Source: Tubiluchus corallicola (taxonomy: Eukaryota; Animalia; Priapulida). Taken from it: a stretch of DNA of 57,549 nt. The notes under the pieces were generated by a model, which saw nothing but the letters and a program-made list of their open reading frames with translations, did no database searches and was not told where the DNA came from. Below are positions 12,561 to 26,446 of the stretch, piece by piece; within the stretch, counting starts at the first letter, position 1, and each line of letters begins with the position of its first letter. The position numbers and the translations under genes were made by a program. The DNA is taken from contig JAQGDQ010001172.1 of NCBI GenBank assembly GCA_030141605.1, positions 1-57,549 on the forward strand, written 5' to 3'.

Positions 12561-14348
12561 AATTAAAAGGATTAACATTTAGGTGACACTAAATAACTTT
12601 AACAACGTTTCACTGTTGTTTTTATGAGTCTCTGAATCTTCCAATGAAACACTGAATTTACTAAGGAGCTTTTTAATGTCATAAACTTTTAAATGCTGTT
12701 ATCAAGTTTTACGTTGCTCCCAAATTTCAACATGAGCACAGAATTCCGTTTAAAGCAGCACCAAAAAAATCTCATGATGTTTTGCTTATTCGTAGAATTC
12801 ATTCACATTAAATCCGAAATTCAAGACTTATTAAATTTAGCAGGCATAATATACTTAACCAAGGATGACAAAGGAAATTTCCATTACGACTTCCCCTGAG
12901 ATGAAGTAATGCGACGCAAATGAAGTTCTTGATAAGACGTTTAGACAGGAGATGGAGTTGGGAAATATACACAGTTGCATTATGCTGCATTATGTTACTG
13001 GAACAATACAGAAGTATTTTAGTAGGCTTAGTATTTTAAACATTTAGAAACTGGACTGTACACATGTCTGGTGATTTTTATATCTTCACCAACTATGTTT
13101 CCTATGCAAGTAGAAACATTATTTTGATGTAGGTATAAAAGTACACTTCCGGCCTATTTTGGCAATGATGGGTTAAAGCTATCTGGAAAGTTAGGCTTAT
13201 TTCTATGTTAACAAATGTTAGAGGGATTTAGTAATAAAACTGTGGTAAGCGCCTCGTGTAACTAGTAAACCCCTTAAAGTTGCGATCACTTCATGCTTGG
13301 GCACTCCCAATTTCAATGCCCCTTTTTCTTCCAATGACGTAGTTAAGATAAGTTTACATTTTTACGATTGCGTATGTTTTATGGCATTGCTCTTATTATT
13401 TTACTGCGTTTTTATTATTTTTCCTTTTTTTGTCATATACAATGTACTTTCAGTCAATCAACGTGAAATGATTATATATATTACGAATTAATTTTTTAGT
13501 AATTTTGGTGATCTTTTATTTGTAAGATGCATTTGATCATCACGTAAAATGCATTAAAATATTAAATAAATTATTGTTGTTTTAATTAAGCAACTGCGTA
13601 TTTGTGCGCGCAGATCTGTAGCATATCGTCGCATTCAAGTTTGCAACTTTGAAATATTTTTCTTATTAACGACAAAGTCATGTAAAACTAGTTTAGTTTA
13701 TAGATAAATTTTTCGTTCTGTCCCTATGTCTAACCGGCTCGTCTTTGACGCTGTGTTTGACAACTGTCAAAATTTTGACAAATTGGCGACCATTGACGAC
13801 GTCTTGTAGATGATTCTTCAAGTCTCACGCGTGATGAACAGGTACAAGTTTCATTAACTGTTTCCAGTCAGTAACACGACCGCCATGATGTTTCTCACTT
13901 GCGACAACATCGCCATACTTATTGAAAACAAGGGCGGACTTCTCTTCGCCCGTGACGCACCGCAACGACTCGTTGATACTAACAGCCTAGATCTATAGAA
14001 GCAAGACTACCTAGCTTTGAACTTGGCACAAATTTTCGTATATAGCTAAAAAACAGCTAGAGAGAGAAAGAATGTTTTTGTCGCAGGCGTCTGGCGCTCA
14101 TCTATGGGTAAGCCACAGTGTGTAAACATTGTGGAAATTAGACACTTGTCAAAATCGCAATATACTTATAGTTTGCTCTTGCCAATAGCTTCTCTTTCTG
14201 TCACTCTATACAAGGTGGATCTGCTGACAGTGTTGGTTCATGGGGGCTGATGCTAAGCAAATCCTACACACAGGAAAGCAAGCCAAAGTCTTTTATGAAA
14301 TTGACTGAAATAACAAAGCACTGAGACTGAAGAAAACATTTCTACTCT

Positions 14349-14458
14349 GTGGTGACGGCGATTACAGCGACGGTGATGATGACGATTATATCAGCACAAC
14401 ACTGTGGCGGTGGTGACGGCGATTACGGCGATGTGATGATGACGATTATATCAGCACA
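14349..14458. repeat. ~50-bp tandem duplication
   Basis: GTGGTGACGGCGATTAC...GATGATGACGATTATATCAGCACA occurs twice. Confidence 0.9.
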
Positions 14459-14561
14459 GCTGCTGGAATGAAGATAATTGTAACTGAAAGAGGCCGACGC
14501 CCAAAAAGAAGTAGTACTGTCGCATTGATACAAAAAAGAATGATACAGTAATGGTAATATG

Positions 14562-14763
14562 GACATAGACGTAGACGTAGACATAGACATAGACATAGAC
14601 ATAGACACTGACATAGACATAGACATAGACATAGACATAGACATAGACATAGACATAGACATAGACATAGACATAGACATAGACATAGACATAGACATAG
14701 ACATAGACATAGACATAGACATAGACATAGACATAGACATAGACATAGACACAGACACAGACA
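14562..14763. repeat. (GACATA)n hexanucleotide microsatellite, probably the tail of a minus-strand LINE 3' UTR
   Basis: About 33 units; on the minus strand it directly follows AATAAA. Confidence 0.9.
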
Positions 14764-15469
14764 TTTTTATTTATCTCCTAATTAATACCAGAATTACAAG
14801 ATAAACAAGTGTTAAAGTTAATTAACAATTGCGATAAAAAATATGAAAAAGAAAATGTCAGGGAATGCAGGAAAAAGGGCAGCGAAGGACCAATTGGTCA
14901 TTAAAGTCAGCTACCCTTAACAGATTAAAATAAATTATAAAAAGGTTTCATAGTATGTATTATTGCTGTATTATTATTATATAGAGTAAAAGAAAAATCA
15001 CCTTTACTGAAAAATCTAGCAGGCCAAAATTACAGTATGAAAGACGAAATAACTAAATGGAATGCATTGTGAGGAAACAATGTAATAAGATGGAGATATG
15101 CAATGGTACTGAAAAATCTGTAAATTATATAAATAACTGATCAAACTATAAAACAAGGGAACTAAATCAGATCAAACCAAAGAAGAAAATAAATTGTAAT
15201 TGGTTATCACAACAGTCGCAGTCGCAGTCACAGCAACAACAACTACAACTACAACAACTGCAATAGCCACGACAGCAGCAACTACAACAACGATAAAAAC
15301 GGCAACTTGTTTGCTTGTATGTTCATTTGTTTTCATTCTCAAGCCGTTTTGTCTCGCTGAACTTTTTGTGCTTTTTATTAAGTACCTAAATTTTGGTACG
15401 GAGATACACTGTAGACTATCAAGCACCAACTAAGAGTTTCGACTAAAAGAAACCCAACTAAGATAGCCT

Positions 15470-15810
15470 ATTATGCACTAATTAGGCATTTACAAACTTT
15501 AGCCAAATAGGCAATGATTAAGCAGACCTGAAGAAAAGAAATTGACAGAGTAAGTAACAAACAGCTAAGCGTTTGAAAATAAAGTTAAATGAATTGAACT
15601 GCTTTGTACATTAAGAGAAAGCTTATTAGGGTACATAGATAAACTTTTTTTATTACTAGGTCCCAGTTATTTGTAGCTCTGGTCACAATGCTGAAATTAC
15701 TAAAATCAGCTTTGTGGTCAGAGGCACAAACATGGTCATTAATGCTGTATTGACGAGAATTTTTACATTTTTTGCCAGTTCTAGACAAAATACTTTCTCA
15801 TTTAATTACA
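15470..15810 (-). mobile_element. Penelope-like element family B fragment (GIY-YIG C-terminus and 3' UTR)
   Basis: SRTGKK...SINDH...DFSNFSIV...DLVIK, then frameshifted LSLNVQSSSIHL; shares sequence with 37040-37180. Confidence 0.8.
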
Positions 15811-16486
15811 GCTAAATCGAGGCACACGCACGTTTGCAGTAGAACACATGGAAGTTGTTTCCGCTAACATAAACATAATGTAAACAGTTGCTGTCCCACG
15901 GTTCTCCACTCCAGGTCAAGTTTAGCGAAATATCTACGACACGCGTACGATTAGGCTAACAATAGTCGACAGTGTGTCCGCCCTTGAGAAGAACGACATC
16001 AAAAAGACAGCGCTTTCAATGGGTTGTCATTCTTCTCTTTGTTATCTGAATGCGGAATTGCTCATCAAACCGTTTGAAGCAATCAAATTAAACGCAAATA
16101 TTAATCGTTGTCTGTTGATTAAAAAGTAATTTGTTTGGCTTCGCGGCTTCATCCGTTGCTATAGTTACCAGTGCAAAGGGTTAAACTTTACTGCTTCGAG
16201 GAAAACGACTCGAGCCCACGTAAGGGTTAATTAACATATTTTTTATAGCGAAAAATAGAATAAATTAACATTCTACCTGCTGGCTTTGTGCTTTCCCTTA
16301 CAAAAAACGCCATACAAAGCTGGATAGTTTCACAGAAGGAACTGCAGCGGAGGAGGGGATGCCTTTAGAGAATAAATGTAGCAAAAATGATTGCTGCAAT
16401 ATTAAGGCTACGTACAATAACAAAGTGAAAACGGTTTAGAGGCCAAGTACATTACTTCCATTGTTAACTTTTAGCTATGTATATGT

Positions 16487-16636
16487 AGGGTAAACCGGGC
16501 TAATCTCAGACAATGTATTCCTTAAATTCATTAAGTTTGCATGAATCTTCTTTTTTTTCCTTTTATTGTTAATAATGCTACACCACATCTTTAGAAAAGC
16601 ATTTTCACCATTTTGTCCGATATTAGCCTATTTATG
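16487..16636. mobile_element. Possible ~150-bp MITE
   Basis: Imperfect inverted termini GGGCTAATCTCAGACAA / TTGTCCGATATTAGCC. Confidence 0.4.
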
Positions 16637-16899
16637 TATATATTGAGACTGAGACTAGCAGGCGGACCAGACGGAAAACAGAATATGTCAATTTTGTGAT
16701 TTGAATACTGTTTTTAAACTCTTAATCATGCTGTGCTAGAACGTGTCGAAACTAAATATATCGGCTATGTTCAAGATGTCAGTTATTTTTACACAACTCA
16801 CTCACTAGAAATGAAGCCAAATATATATATATATACAAAACACGTGACAAGCGAGACGCATCATTACATAAAATAGAATTGTATTACGTCATCCCTGAA

Positions 16900-17210
16900 T
16901 ATTTACAAAAGTTGAGGATTAATTAAAAGATTATTATTTCCGCAAAATTTATCAAATTTATATAAATATTTGACTTTATTAATTGTGAGTGGTGTCAAAA
17001 AAGATTTGATAGCTTGAATATAGTCGGTACATTTAGCTTCGGGACATCCTAACACCGCGTGTTTAAGAGTTTGAATAGCATTCAAATCACGATATTGACT
17101 TATTCTGTTTTTTCGTCTGATCTACCTGTCAGTCTCAATTCGTAGGTGGTAGTTCCCTAATCTGAATCTTGAAATGTTTATCCTGCAATATTCAGTACGA
17201 ATGCTGTAAT
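16900..17210 (-). mobile_element. Non-LTR retrotransposon C-terminal fragment (RTEX/L2-like)
   Basis: ISRFRLGNYHLRIETDR*...LKHAVLGCP resembles the FRL..H.L.IETGR...H....CP zinc-knuckle tail. Confidence 0.7.
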
Positions 17211-18039
17211 CATAAGGTAAGGAGGGTTTGGTCAGCTCGGTGTTTATGCTACAATAAAAACACACTTTTCGAGTCTGCGCCATTTCTTAATGCAAGAAGT
17301 CGTTGGCGGGCATCATCTATGTATTAATTATCAAGAGTAGTCTTCAATTTGCTGTCAGTACTAAAATTTCGAAACTAATTATTCTCGTAATGTTGCTACG
17401 TTTACGTTTAATCCTATACGTTTATGCTTATTTCGTTTAGAAATGTTTTTGCAACATTTTAGTTCCATCCTGTACATACACGATTAGCTTACTGCATAAT
17501 CAGCTATTTTTCAAATCATTGCCAATGACGCAAGATGCGTTTGTAAGAAGATTATTGCCTATCTGTAATCAACTTGATATGTTTCATTGGTAATAAATAT
17601 CCCGATACAGAATTATTTTGCACAGTGCAAATTGCAGATAAGTTCAATTGAAAGATATTATTGTCTAAGTTATTTATTGTGTTCATTTGTCAGTAAAATG
17701 AAACGCAAAAGCGGATATATTTTCCGCTTACGTATTTCCTGCGCGAAAATTATCGGTGGTTAAAAAACACTACGCGGAAAATGCGCGCATTATTGTTATT
17801 GTTGGATAGGTAGCATTAGTTGTTGGTAGCTCAGTGATAACAGAGTGATAAGCTTTGAATTTCTGAATAAAATTGGTAGCTTGACATGTAGCGGGGTGTG
17901 ACTACTTGACTTTGACATTTCTTACATAAAACGTGGCACAGTAATCTCAGCCATGGCTGGACGTTGTCCGGTCTTGATTTAATTATCAAATAAAAAAGCA
18001 GTGATATAATGTATATTGTTATAAGTAACACTGATAAAA

Positions 18040-18450
18040 TTTTACTAGCTAAACACCAGTACAGCCACAGATATCACAGTTAGTTGAATGCAAACAAATT
18101 TATTGGCCCAAAAACCATGAACAACTAGTATAATGCTCGCTAAACGTTTTGGCAGCAACATTTGTCATCACCATTGTAATCCCTAATAAAATTAATTGTT
18201 AGATGAATGTTGCTTGTATTGTTATTACTACTGTTGTTAAGGAATTGTTCTTTTTGGAAATAATAAGTGTGCTAATTATGGCCAATTGTTCTCCACATTT
18301 TCTCTGTTTTATAGGTTACACTGCCAATGGCATATGTTGTTGCCGAAGCGTTTATCGAGCATTATACTAGTTGTTCATGGTTTATGGGCCAATAAATTCG
18401 TTTGGATTCAAGCAACCGTGATATTTGTGGCTGCTTGGTGTATATGACTA
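18040..18450. repeat. Imperfect inverted repeat (~150-bp arms, ~115-bp spacer)
   Basis: CCATGAACAACTAGTATAATGCTCG vs CGAGCATTATACTAGTTGTTCATGG; flanking arm sequence also complementary with scattered mismatches. Confidence 0.92.
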
Positions 18451-19918
18451 AAATAAGACTGAATTTTTCTTCTGACAAGGATATTGATAATTTTTATGAG
18501 CGTATTTTTGGGGACAGCAACAATAATTCCTATAATATCTGTAGATCATTTTCTGCATGTTGGGGCATAGACCAAATGGCAGGCTTACTTAATGCAGATG
18601 ATTGTATGATAATTACTCAGGTTGCTGTCAAGGACGAGGCACCGGTAAGGGTGTCTTTTCAAATTTCGAATGAGCATATATTTCATCTTCCCCCAAAGAG
18701 AAATAATCAGGAGCAGAATTGCAAAAGAAGCAACTCGGTAGCAGTTTTTAAGGCATCGCCTATGGGGTTTCTCATCAAGCTTGCTTTGTTTAACTTTGCT
18801 GCCAAAATACGACACGACCACACAACTACGCATTTCAGTAATTTCAAAACTTGCTCTTGTTTTTGCAGATAAGTAGAGATCAGGTTAGGTCAAGTCAGGT
18901 CAGATTCATGAATGTCAAATCAGTGGAGTAACAATGACCACAATGTCCTCTTGTAGATCTCGGCAGGGTCGAAACTTGCTTTGTAAGTGCCTTGGCGTAG
19001 TGTACTTTGACCTTGAACAAAAGAATGAAGGTCAAATAGCATTTCTACAACCCTGAAACTTACACGAATTGGGGAAGAGTAGTCAGTGCGTCAGCATGGG
19101 CACACCTTTTCTTCCTCGTGTCATTGCCAGATGCTGAGCATTTCTCCTCTTCAGAGCGCACGTTATAGCAGCTGTTGCTCTTTTCTGGAGCGAAGAACGT
19201 CCGCATTGATGAAACCCGCAATCTTAGCTTCCGTGAATAAATACGAATAGTTTCGTGTGATTGTTGCGGTAATAACACAGCACCGAGCGGTAATGATTGT
19301 GGATAAAAAGCCTTCACCTAAGTACGTCACACGCAGCCTGCATAATTACTGTTTTGCACGAATGCGGGTCTTTTTTAACCAAACGCCAAAGCATATTACA
19401 CCCGCTCACAATTGGTTCATCAGCTTCTCTAGGCTGCATGGCAGTCAAAAGAGGCGTCATGTGACACAAAACAAGAAAAATGTAATGACGGAAGTTTGAC
19501 TATACGAAGTCGTTATGAAAAGACGCTGCTTTGGCTAAAGGAAGAGGCTGGATTTGAAGATTCTGAGTCGTTGTTTTCAGGGGTGGGTAATAAAACGAAG
19601 CGTTTCAAAATTGTGTTTCAATTGCGACGAGTTTCTATATTCTTATTGTTCGAATGAACCAGCTAACTTGCTTCAATTTTCGAGAATTACATTGTTGAAA
19701 ACTACAATGGCAGCGAAAGCGGCTGGTTAGCAACAGTAACCACAACAATATAGAGAAACAAGTGCAAAAATTATTGCTGAAAATTTAATAAACGAGGATA
19801 AATTTTGAAAAAAGTTAGAGTTAAAAAGTTAAATGTTAAAATTTGTTTGTTCTCAAGGAGACCCATTGTTGACTTAGTTAGGTGGTTAGCAGGTTGATTG
19901 GCAGGCTAACCACCTGGC

Positions 19919-20051
19919 TGACTGACTGACTAACTGACTGACTGACTGACTGACTGACTGACTGACTGACTGACTGACTGACTGACTGACTGACTGACTG
20001 ACTGACTGACTGACTGACTGACTGACTGACTGACTAACTAACTAACTAACT
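19919..20051. repeat. (TGAC)n/(TAAC)n microsatellite
   Basis: Direct reading. Confidence 0.95.
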
Positions 20052-20551
20052 GGCGGACCAAACGACCAACATCCCAACTGACTTTATTATTTATCCAACT
20101 AACCGTCAAAGCAAAATATAAACTATAAGTTTTGCATAATGTCTTTCACATACAGAACCGTTATAGTATCGCCATAAAATTGCCTGCGGTCTGCAAAACT
20201 GCACAGGTTGCATTATATATGACTGCCAAATGCAATATCGCAAGAGAATTTTGCAAAGTGAAGAAAAATTTAATAGATAAAAGTTTATTGCTATACTGAG
20301 CATTAAGAGGTTTGAATGATCCATTATCTTGGATCGTTTGGAAAACAGAGATCTAATTTTCTCGTTATATCTCGAATAGAGACTCGTTTGCAATAGAAAA
20401 TTGAAATTGCTATACGATTATTTTTAACAACGTTGTCTTTTTTACAAAACGTGAAAGGCTAAGTATGAATTTTACGCGACAACAATTGTATTGCACAGGG
20501 ATGCTTTAAGTCCATTTTTTATAATGAGGAAATCACAGTGTATGAATTTAA

Positions 20552-21150
20552 AGCAAATCGAAGCCTATGTTAAACTGTAGGTCAAAACAATCCACTCTTT
20601 AAAGTAATGAAAGGACACATACTACTTTTTCAAAAATGAATTACGAGAAAGAATTATTACCACACAAACACAATTTATCGTTCGCGCTACTAGTCCTTCG
20701 CTGTTACATACATTTCGCCATTCGCTAGTTAGATGGGCACTAACGCATACATTTCGGAAACTCACTGCAAAAAAAACAATTGCTATACTTCTCAGTTCGG
20801 ATGTGTTAGTCTGTGATGAACTACACACGTTCCACAGCTCATGCGTGAGCACAGAGGTAAATTTGAATTTTTATCTTAAAACTTGCTAGTTTTAGTACAA
20901 CATACTGAATATCTTACACTAGCACTGTACTTCAATTTTCGCCTTCGCAAACGCGTGCAACACTCTCGTGGAATATTTTTACTGTTGAAAATTATGTTCA
21001 TTTGTGATGTCATCAATAGCTATGCTCGCCCACCGTTAATTAAGTTTTTAATCTATCATTTAAACTTTTGCAGTATTAATTGTGTTGAAATATATACCTT
21101 TTATCGGTCTTGAAAACAGGGTAGTATATGAAAAACCACCATGTCTTCCT
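20552..21150 (+). mobile_element. Kolobok-type MITE, full length
   Basis: TTAA|AGCAAATC...ATGTCTTCCT|TCAA; collinear with the family. Confidence 0.85.
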
Positions 21151-21517
21151 TCAAGGGTAATTTTTTGTAGCAAGGTGAAGCTATAATATGTCCTTTTAAT
21201 ATATCCCGTTTTTCTACTTTTGGTTGGGTTTCTTTCCCAGGGAAAAACACAGACTGATTCAGTTGCTGATGCGACTGTGTTTTTAACTTCGTCACGCATC
21301 GTACTTTAAAAACTTGTCGTGCAAAAACGGGTGTCAATTAAATATCAGTTTAAATGGGCCGTTTTTCTTTGGAACTCAGTACAGACAACATGTGTAGAGC
21401 AGAGTACAACTGGTGTTTATAATATCTAGTATTTTTAATATTTTTCAATATTCAATGTGGACATTTTCATCCTTTTTGTTGGTTGTTCTTTTAAAGAACG
21501 AACTTTTTAAAACAGGC

Positions 21518-21730
21518 TGGGGTGAGTGGCCAAGCGGCTTAGATCTCGGACTGCAAACACGCAGTCTTGAGTTCGAGACTAGCGGTTGCCAACGCCAGGG
21601 CATATAACACACATTTTATTTGTTTGTTATTTGTGTTAATTGCATCCTTACCTGTATTGTTGTAAGTGTAAGATGATAAATTGCCGTTGGTGCTAATTTG
21701 TCGGTTAAATGAGACCGTAAATAAATCTTG
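21518..21730 (+). mobile_element. tRNA-derived SINE-like element
   Basis: A box TGGCCAAGCGG, anticodon-arm-like GACTGCAAA, B box GAGTTCGAGAC; no intact acceptor stem; AATAAA near 21720. Confidence 0.65.
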
Positions 21731-22215
21731 TATATGTCTTTGTGGCTGTCTATGTTTACTTTTATGGCTGTCTATTGAACCTTACTGGGCATGTGTGTTT
21801 TTTGTACGTTATAAATGTAGATTCTTAAGCCCAACGTTTTAATACAATATAACAACCCACTAATATGACCTACTGCCTTTTAATACAACACCGCTTACCT
21901 CGAACAGCCGGCTTACCTCGAACAGCCAATAGTTTATTAACTATGTGGGCGAAGCTGCAATGCGCTGAGCATTTACATCGAAAAAATTATTGTGCAGGCT
22001 GAGGTGACAGCTGTTGAGTTTTTATAAGGAAACGTGAAATTCGATATGATAGAAAACTGCTGTCACGTTTGGCAAGTACTAGCGTAGCTTAATCCAGTTG
22101 AGGTTACTTAATGGAAATACAAGAATCTGCAGTAGGTCTGCTACTAGCTGGCGCTCTAGTCAGACTTTGGTGTACTTTTGTATGTACTGAGCCTCGTTGA
22201 AGATCAAAAAATTGA

Positions 22216-22824
22216 AAAGAACAGAAGATGATTTTTCATATACTACCCTATTTTCTAGTCTGAAAAAGTATACATTTTAACACAATTAATATATCAAAAG
22301 CGTTTCTGATAATTAAATAATAGAATAAAAAATTAATTAACGGCGGGCAAGCTAAACTATTGATGACATCACATACTAAATAATTTTCAACAGCTAAAAT
22401 ATTCCACGAGCGGCTTGCACTTGTTTGCGAAAGCGAAAATTAAGGTACAGTGCTACTCTAAGATATTGTTGTACTAAAACTACGCAAGTTTTAAGGTAAA
22501 AATTCAAATTTCAAATTTACCGCTGTGCTCACGCATGGGCTGTCGAACGTGTGTAGTTAGTCACAAACTAACACATCTGAACTGAGAGGCACAGTACCTG
22601 CTTTTGTGCAACGCTTTCCGAAATGCAGGCGCCAGTGCTCATCTAACTGGTGAGTGGCGAAATGCATGTAACAGCGAAGAACTAGTGGCGCGAACATGAA
22701 ATTGTGTTTGTGTGGTAATAATTCTTTCACGTGAGTCACTTTTGCAAAAGTAGTATGTTTCCTTTCAATACTTTAAAGAGTAGATAGTTTTGACCTATAG
22801 TTTAAGACGGGGTCTGGTTTTGCT
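22216..22824 (-). mobile_element. Kolobok-type MITE, full length
   Basis: Reverse-complement copy of the family ending GTCTGGTTTTGCT|TGAA. Confidence 0.85.
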
Positions 22825-22992
22825 TGAAATTATTCGGCACTTGATAATCACGCATTTTTTACTGTTTTCGTGATGATTATAAGAGTGGCTTGAGTTAGTG
22901 ACGTTAGAAACTTAATTTCTTCTTTAAACTCAGTTAACGTATTTTGGTTTAAGTGATATTACGTTAAATGTGTGTACTGCCACAGCACTTTA

Positions 22993-24154
22993 GCCCCATT
23001 TCACGGAGAGGACGCACAGAAAAACTGTCAGAAAATCTGAAAGTTTTCTGAAAATTTTCGATTTTTCTCGAAATTCCATGCAGCAAGAAAGTTCATTTCA
23101 CAGTGAAACCGCTCGAGTTTTTGCGCGTCTAGTTAGCTGCAGCGTGTTGTATAGCCATGATTAAATTAAGTTACACTGGACGTATTTCTCATACAGAAAG
23201 CACCTTTAATAATGTTAGTATTCTCATACACAAAGCACCTTTAATAATGTTAGTATTCTCATACACAAAGCACCTTTAATAATGTTAGTATTCTCATACA
23301 CAAAGTACCTTTAATAATGTTAGTATTCTCATACACAAAGTACCTTTAATAATGTCAGTGTTCTCACACACAAAGTACCTCTAATAATGTTAGTATTCTC
23401 ATACACAAAGCACCTTTAATAATGTTAGTATTCTCATACATAAAGCACCTTTAATAATGTTAGTATTCTCATACACAAAGCACCTTTAATAATGTTAGTA
23501 TTCTCATACACAAAGTACCTTTAATAATGTTAGTGTTCTCATACACAAAGTACCTCTAATAATGTTAGTATTCTCATACACAAAGCACCTTTAATAATGT
23601 TAGTATTCTCATACACAAAGCACCTTTAATAATGTTAGTATTCTCATACACAAAGCACCTTTAATAATGTTAGTATTCTCATGCACAAAGTACCTTTAAT
23701 AATGTTAGTATTCTCGTACACAAAGTACCTCTAATAATGTTAGTAATATGTCAGACCTGTATGAGTTTTAGTAAAGTTCTACTAGCCACTCCAAAATCTG
23801 AAAATATACATATATAAAATAAATATGCGTGCGTTATTTATTTTCACGAATAATGCCTCCGATGTTGCATTAATAAAACATAAAATCGTCAGTCCGTTAA
23901 AACTTAAATCTTATAATTTTATGCTGAAATGTTTTAAATGTTGTTCGTTAAATAAGAAAGAAGTAACTGAGTAGTTAACTTTAACACTAAATTTTGCGAG
24001 GATTTCCCATGGAAATGGAGCATACGATATTTCTACCATGCAGGCAAAATTCCTCACAAGGAGAACGGCATGGCTCCTAGCTGGCAGCAGAATTCTTCAC
24101 GAGGAATTGCATGAGGAATGAGTTTTGCCGCGTGTTCTCACTACGAAATGTGCC
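22993..24154. mobile_element. PIF/Harbinger-like non-autonomous element containing a minisatellite
   Basis: Imperfect TIRs GCCCCATTTCACGGAGAGGACGC / GCGTGTTCTCACTACGAAATGTGCC; flanks TTA/TAA; related copy at 28381. Confidence 0.6.
23186..23745. repeat. 35-bp minisatellite, 16 copies
   Basis: Unit TTCTCATACACAAAGCACCTTTAATAATGTTAGTA. Confidence 0.98.
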
Positions 24155-24939
24155 TAATCGCGTTGTGTTTTTTCACAATCCGACTCATATTGCAGTGATT
24201 TTGCCTATGTCTAGACTTAAATGCAGCTCTGGGTCACTTAGAACGCCCCAGTAAACTACATCAGAGCACGTGTGCGACACATGCGCCATCTTGTTTGCCT
24301 TTAAGCAAACTTTTACAACACGCCACGTGACTACAACAAAAACCCTCAGTAATGTTGTTTTTCTGAGCCAGTTTTCTCATGAAGTCCCTCTCTTTTCGTT
24401 CTAAAGCACCAATAGTAAAAGCAGATTTATGGACATCATTAAGCAGCGTTTATTTGTTATTCTCCTGGACTAATTAGGAATAGTTTATTTATACGAGTTC
24501 GTGAAAACCAGGTTTCCGGCCAGTAAAATGCTTGATGGGCTCTTTCACTGGAGAAAAAATACTGATGTGTGCACCAGTGCTGACATAAAATAAATTTTAC
24601 CTACTCACTTTCTGTAAATCAGGCTGCCTGAAAAAACTTATTCACACGAGTTTATGGGAAAATAGTCATTCTTTTAATAAATAATAATCACGTTTTATCC
24701 TTTGATCTTTTAGAATACTCAGGCGCACAAAAGGGAAATTATAGTTGGACATATGAAATATTTGGCATTTTGCGTGTTGTAATGCGAGTATTTTTGTTTA
24801 GGCCTAAAACAAATTGGCTTTAATCAATAGCGTTCAAAGTCAAGTAAACAAAAAATAAAAATAACAGATATTGGAGAAAGAAATTACAAAGATAAAAGAG
24901 GAAACTAACGATGAAACACTATTTTTTTATTATTTTGCT

Positions 24940-25507
24940 ATAAACCCAACCTTAAACCATTGTTTTAAACTGTCTATCCTGTAAATTATTGAAAGGTAAC
25001 GTACTATTTTTAAAGAATAACTTACCTGAAAGAATTATTGCCACGGAAACATAACTTCGCCTTTGCGCGGCTGGTTCTTCGATCTTACGGGCATTTCGTC
25101 ATTCACTAATTAACAAATTAGTGCAATAAACACATTTCACTGTGCCTCTCGATTCAATTGTTGTTCGGTTGTGACGTAGCACACACGTTCGAAAGCTCAT
25201 GGGTGAAACTTTTTAAACGTAACGTTTGCCAAGTCAGTGAATCACACTGAAAGTTGTACAGTAGCACTGTCTTCAATTTTCGCTTCTGCAAACACGTGCA
25301 ACAAGACTCATGGAATGTTTTTGCTGTTGAAAATAATTTTAATTTGTGACGTCATCAAATAGCCGGATTTCCCCATCATTAATTAAGTCATTAAGGTTTC
25401 AACCAATTATTTAGTTATGAGAAACACCTTAGCATTTTTATAGCTGGATAATGCTTTCTACCGTACTTCAAATTGGAGTTAAATATGAAAAATCATCCTG
25501 TTTTCCT
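24940..25507 (+). mobile_element. Kolobok-type MITE, diverged
   Basis: Ends ATCATCCTGTTTTCCT|TTAA; internal similarity to the family. Confidence 0.7.
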
Positions 25508-26087
25508 TTAATCGTAGGAACTTACTTACTTCACAGACATACTCACTCACTCACTCAATCAATCAATCACTCACTCACTTAAGCTAATCGCTTTCGTAAT
25601 TATGGATGAAACAAAAAGTGTAAAAAATACAAATTAAAGTGTGCAAAAACATCGGTCGTTTAAAAATTTGAATAACACACGTTGAATAAGCTGTGGCGTA
25701 CCTCAAGGTTCAATATTGGACCCACCATTGGTTTATCACTCTTATGCGGTCTTCGTTTATTTAGCAATTATAGCTATACCACTAATAGTGTGATGCGAAA
25801 ACGTTGGTGTATTTTTCTAGTTATCATTAACTGCTAATGTGGGCTTCCCTTGTGAGCATTTCATTTGGCTAATGCCTCTTTTTCAAACAAGTTGCTTTTG
25901 TATGCTCAGATGCAATAATATTATGCCTTGGGCAAAAACGCAGACATACAAGAAAAAGTTAATCAGAATAATACTAATTAGAGCAAGCACTTGCTAAGGA
26001 TATGTATAATTTGCCCTTTTTATATTGACAGTATAACAGTTGACTGGTTGATAATTAATTGATGTGACTCAATACATATATGCAAAT

Positions 26088-26301
26088 CCATATATATATA
26101 AAGTATATATACATACATATATATATGTGTATATATACATACATATATATATGTGTATATATACATACATATATATATGTGTATATATACATACATATAT
26201 ATATGTGTATATATACATACATATATATATATGTGTATATATGATATGTATGAGTAGATATTATGTTAATATTTGGCTTTCTCTCTCTCTCTCTCTCTCC
26301 C

Positions 26302-26340
<39 letters not shown>

Positions 26341-26341
26341 C

Positions 26342-26419
<78 letters not shown>

Positions 26420-26446
26420 CTATCGATATATATATATATATATATG
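26088..26446. repeat. TA/CA-rich ~26-bp repeat followed by (CT)n and (AT)n microsatellites
   Basis: Direct reading. Confidence 0.95.

Noticed and set aside
16170-16232. piggyBac-like right ends (AAGGG|TTAA twice)
   Set aside because: No matching left end found, so no element could be delimited
18402-18872. 156-aa ORF
   Set aside because: Non-ATG start overlapping a hairpin arm; no recognisable domain or splice support
21518-21590. Functional tRNA-Cys gene (also tRNA-like 27595-27665)
   Set aside because: Acceptor and anticodon stems do not pair properly; better explained as SINE heads
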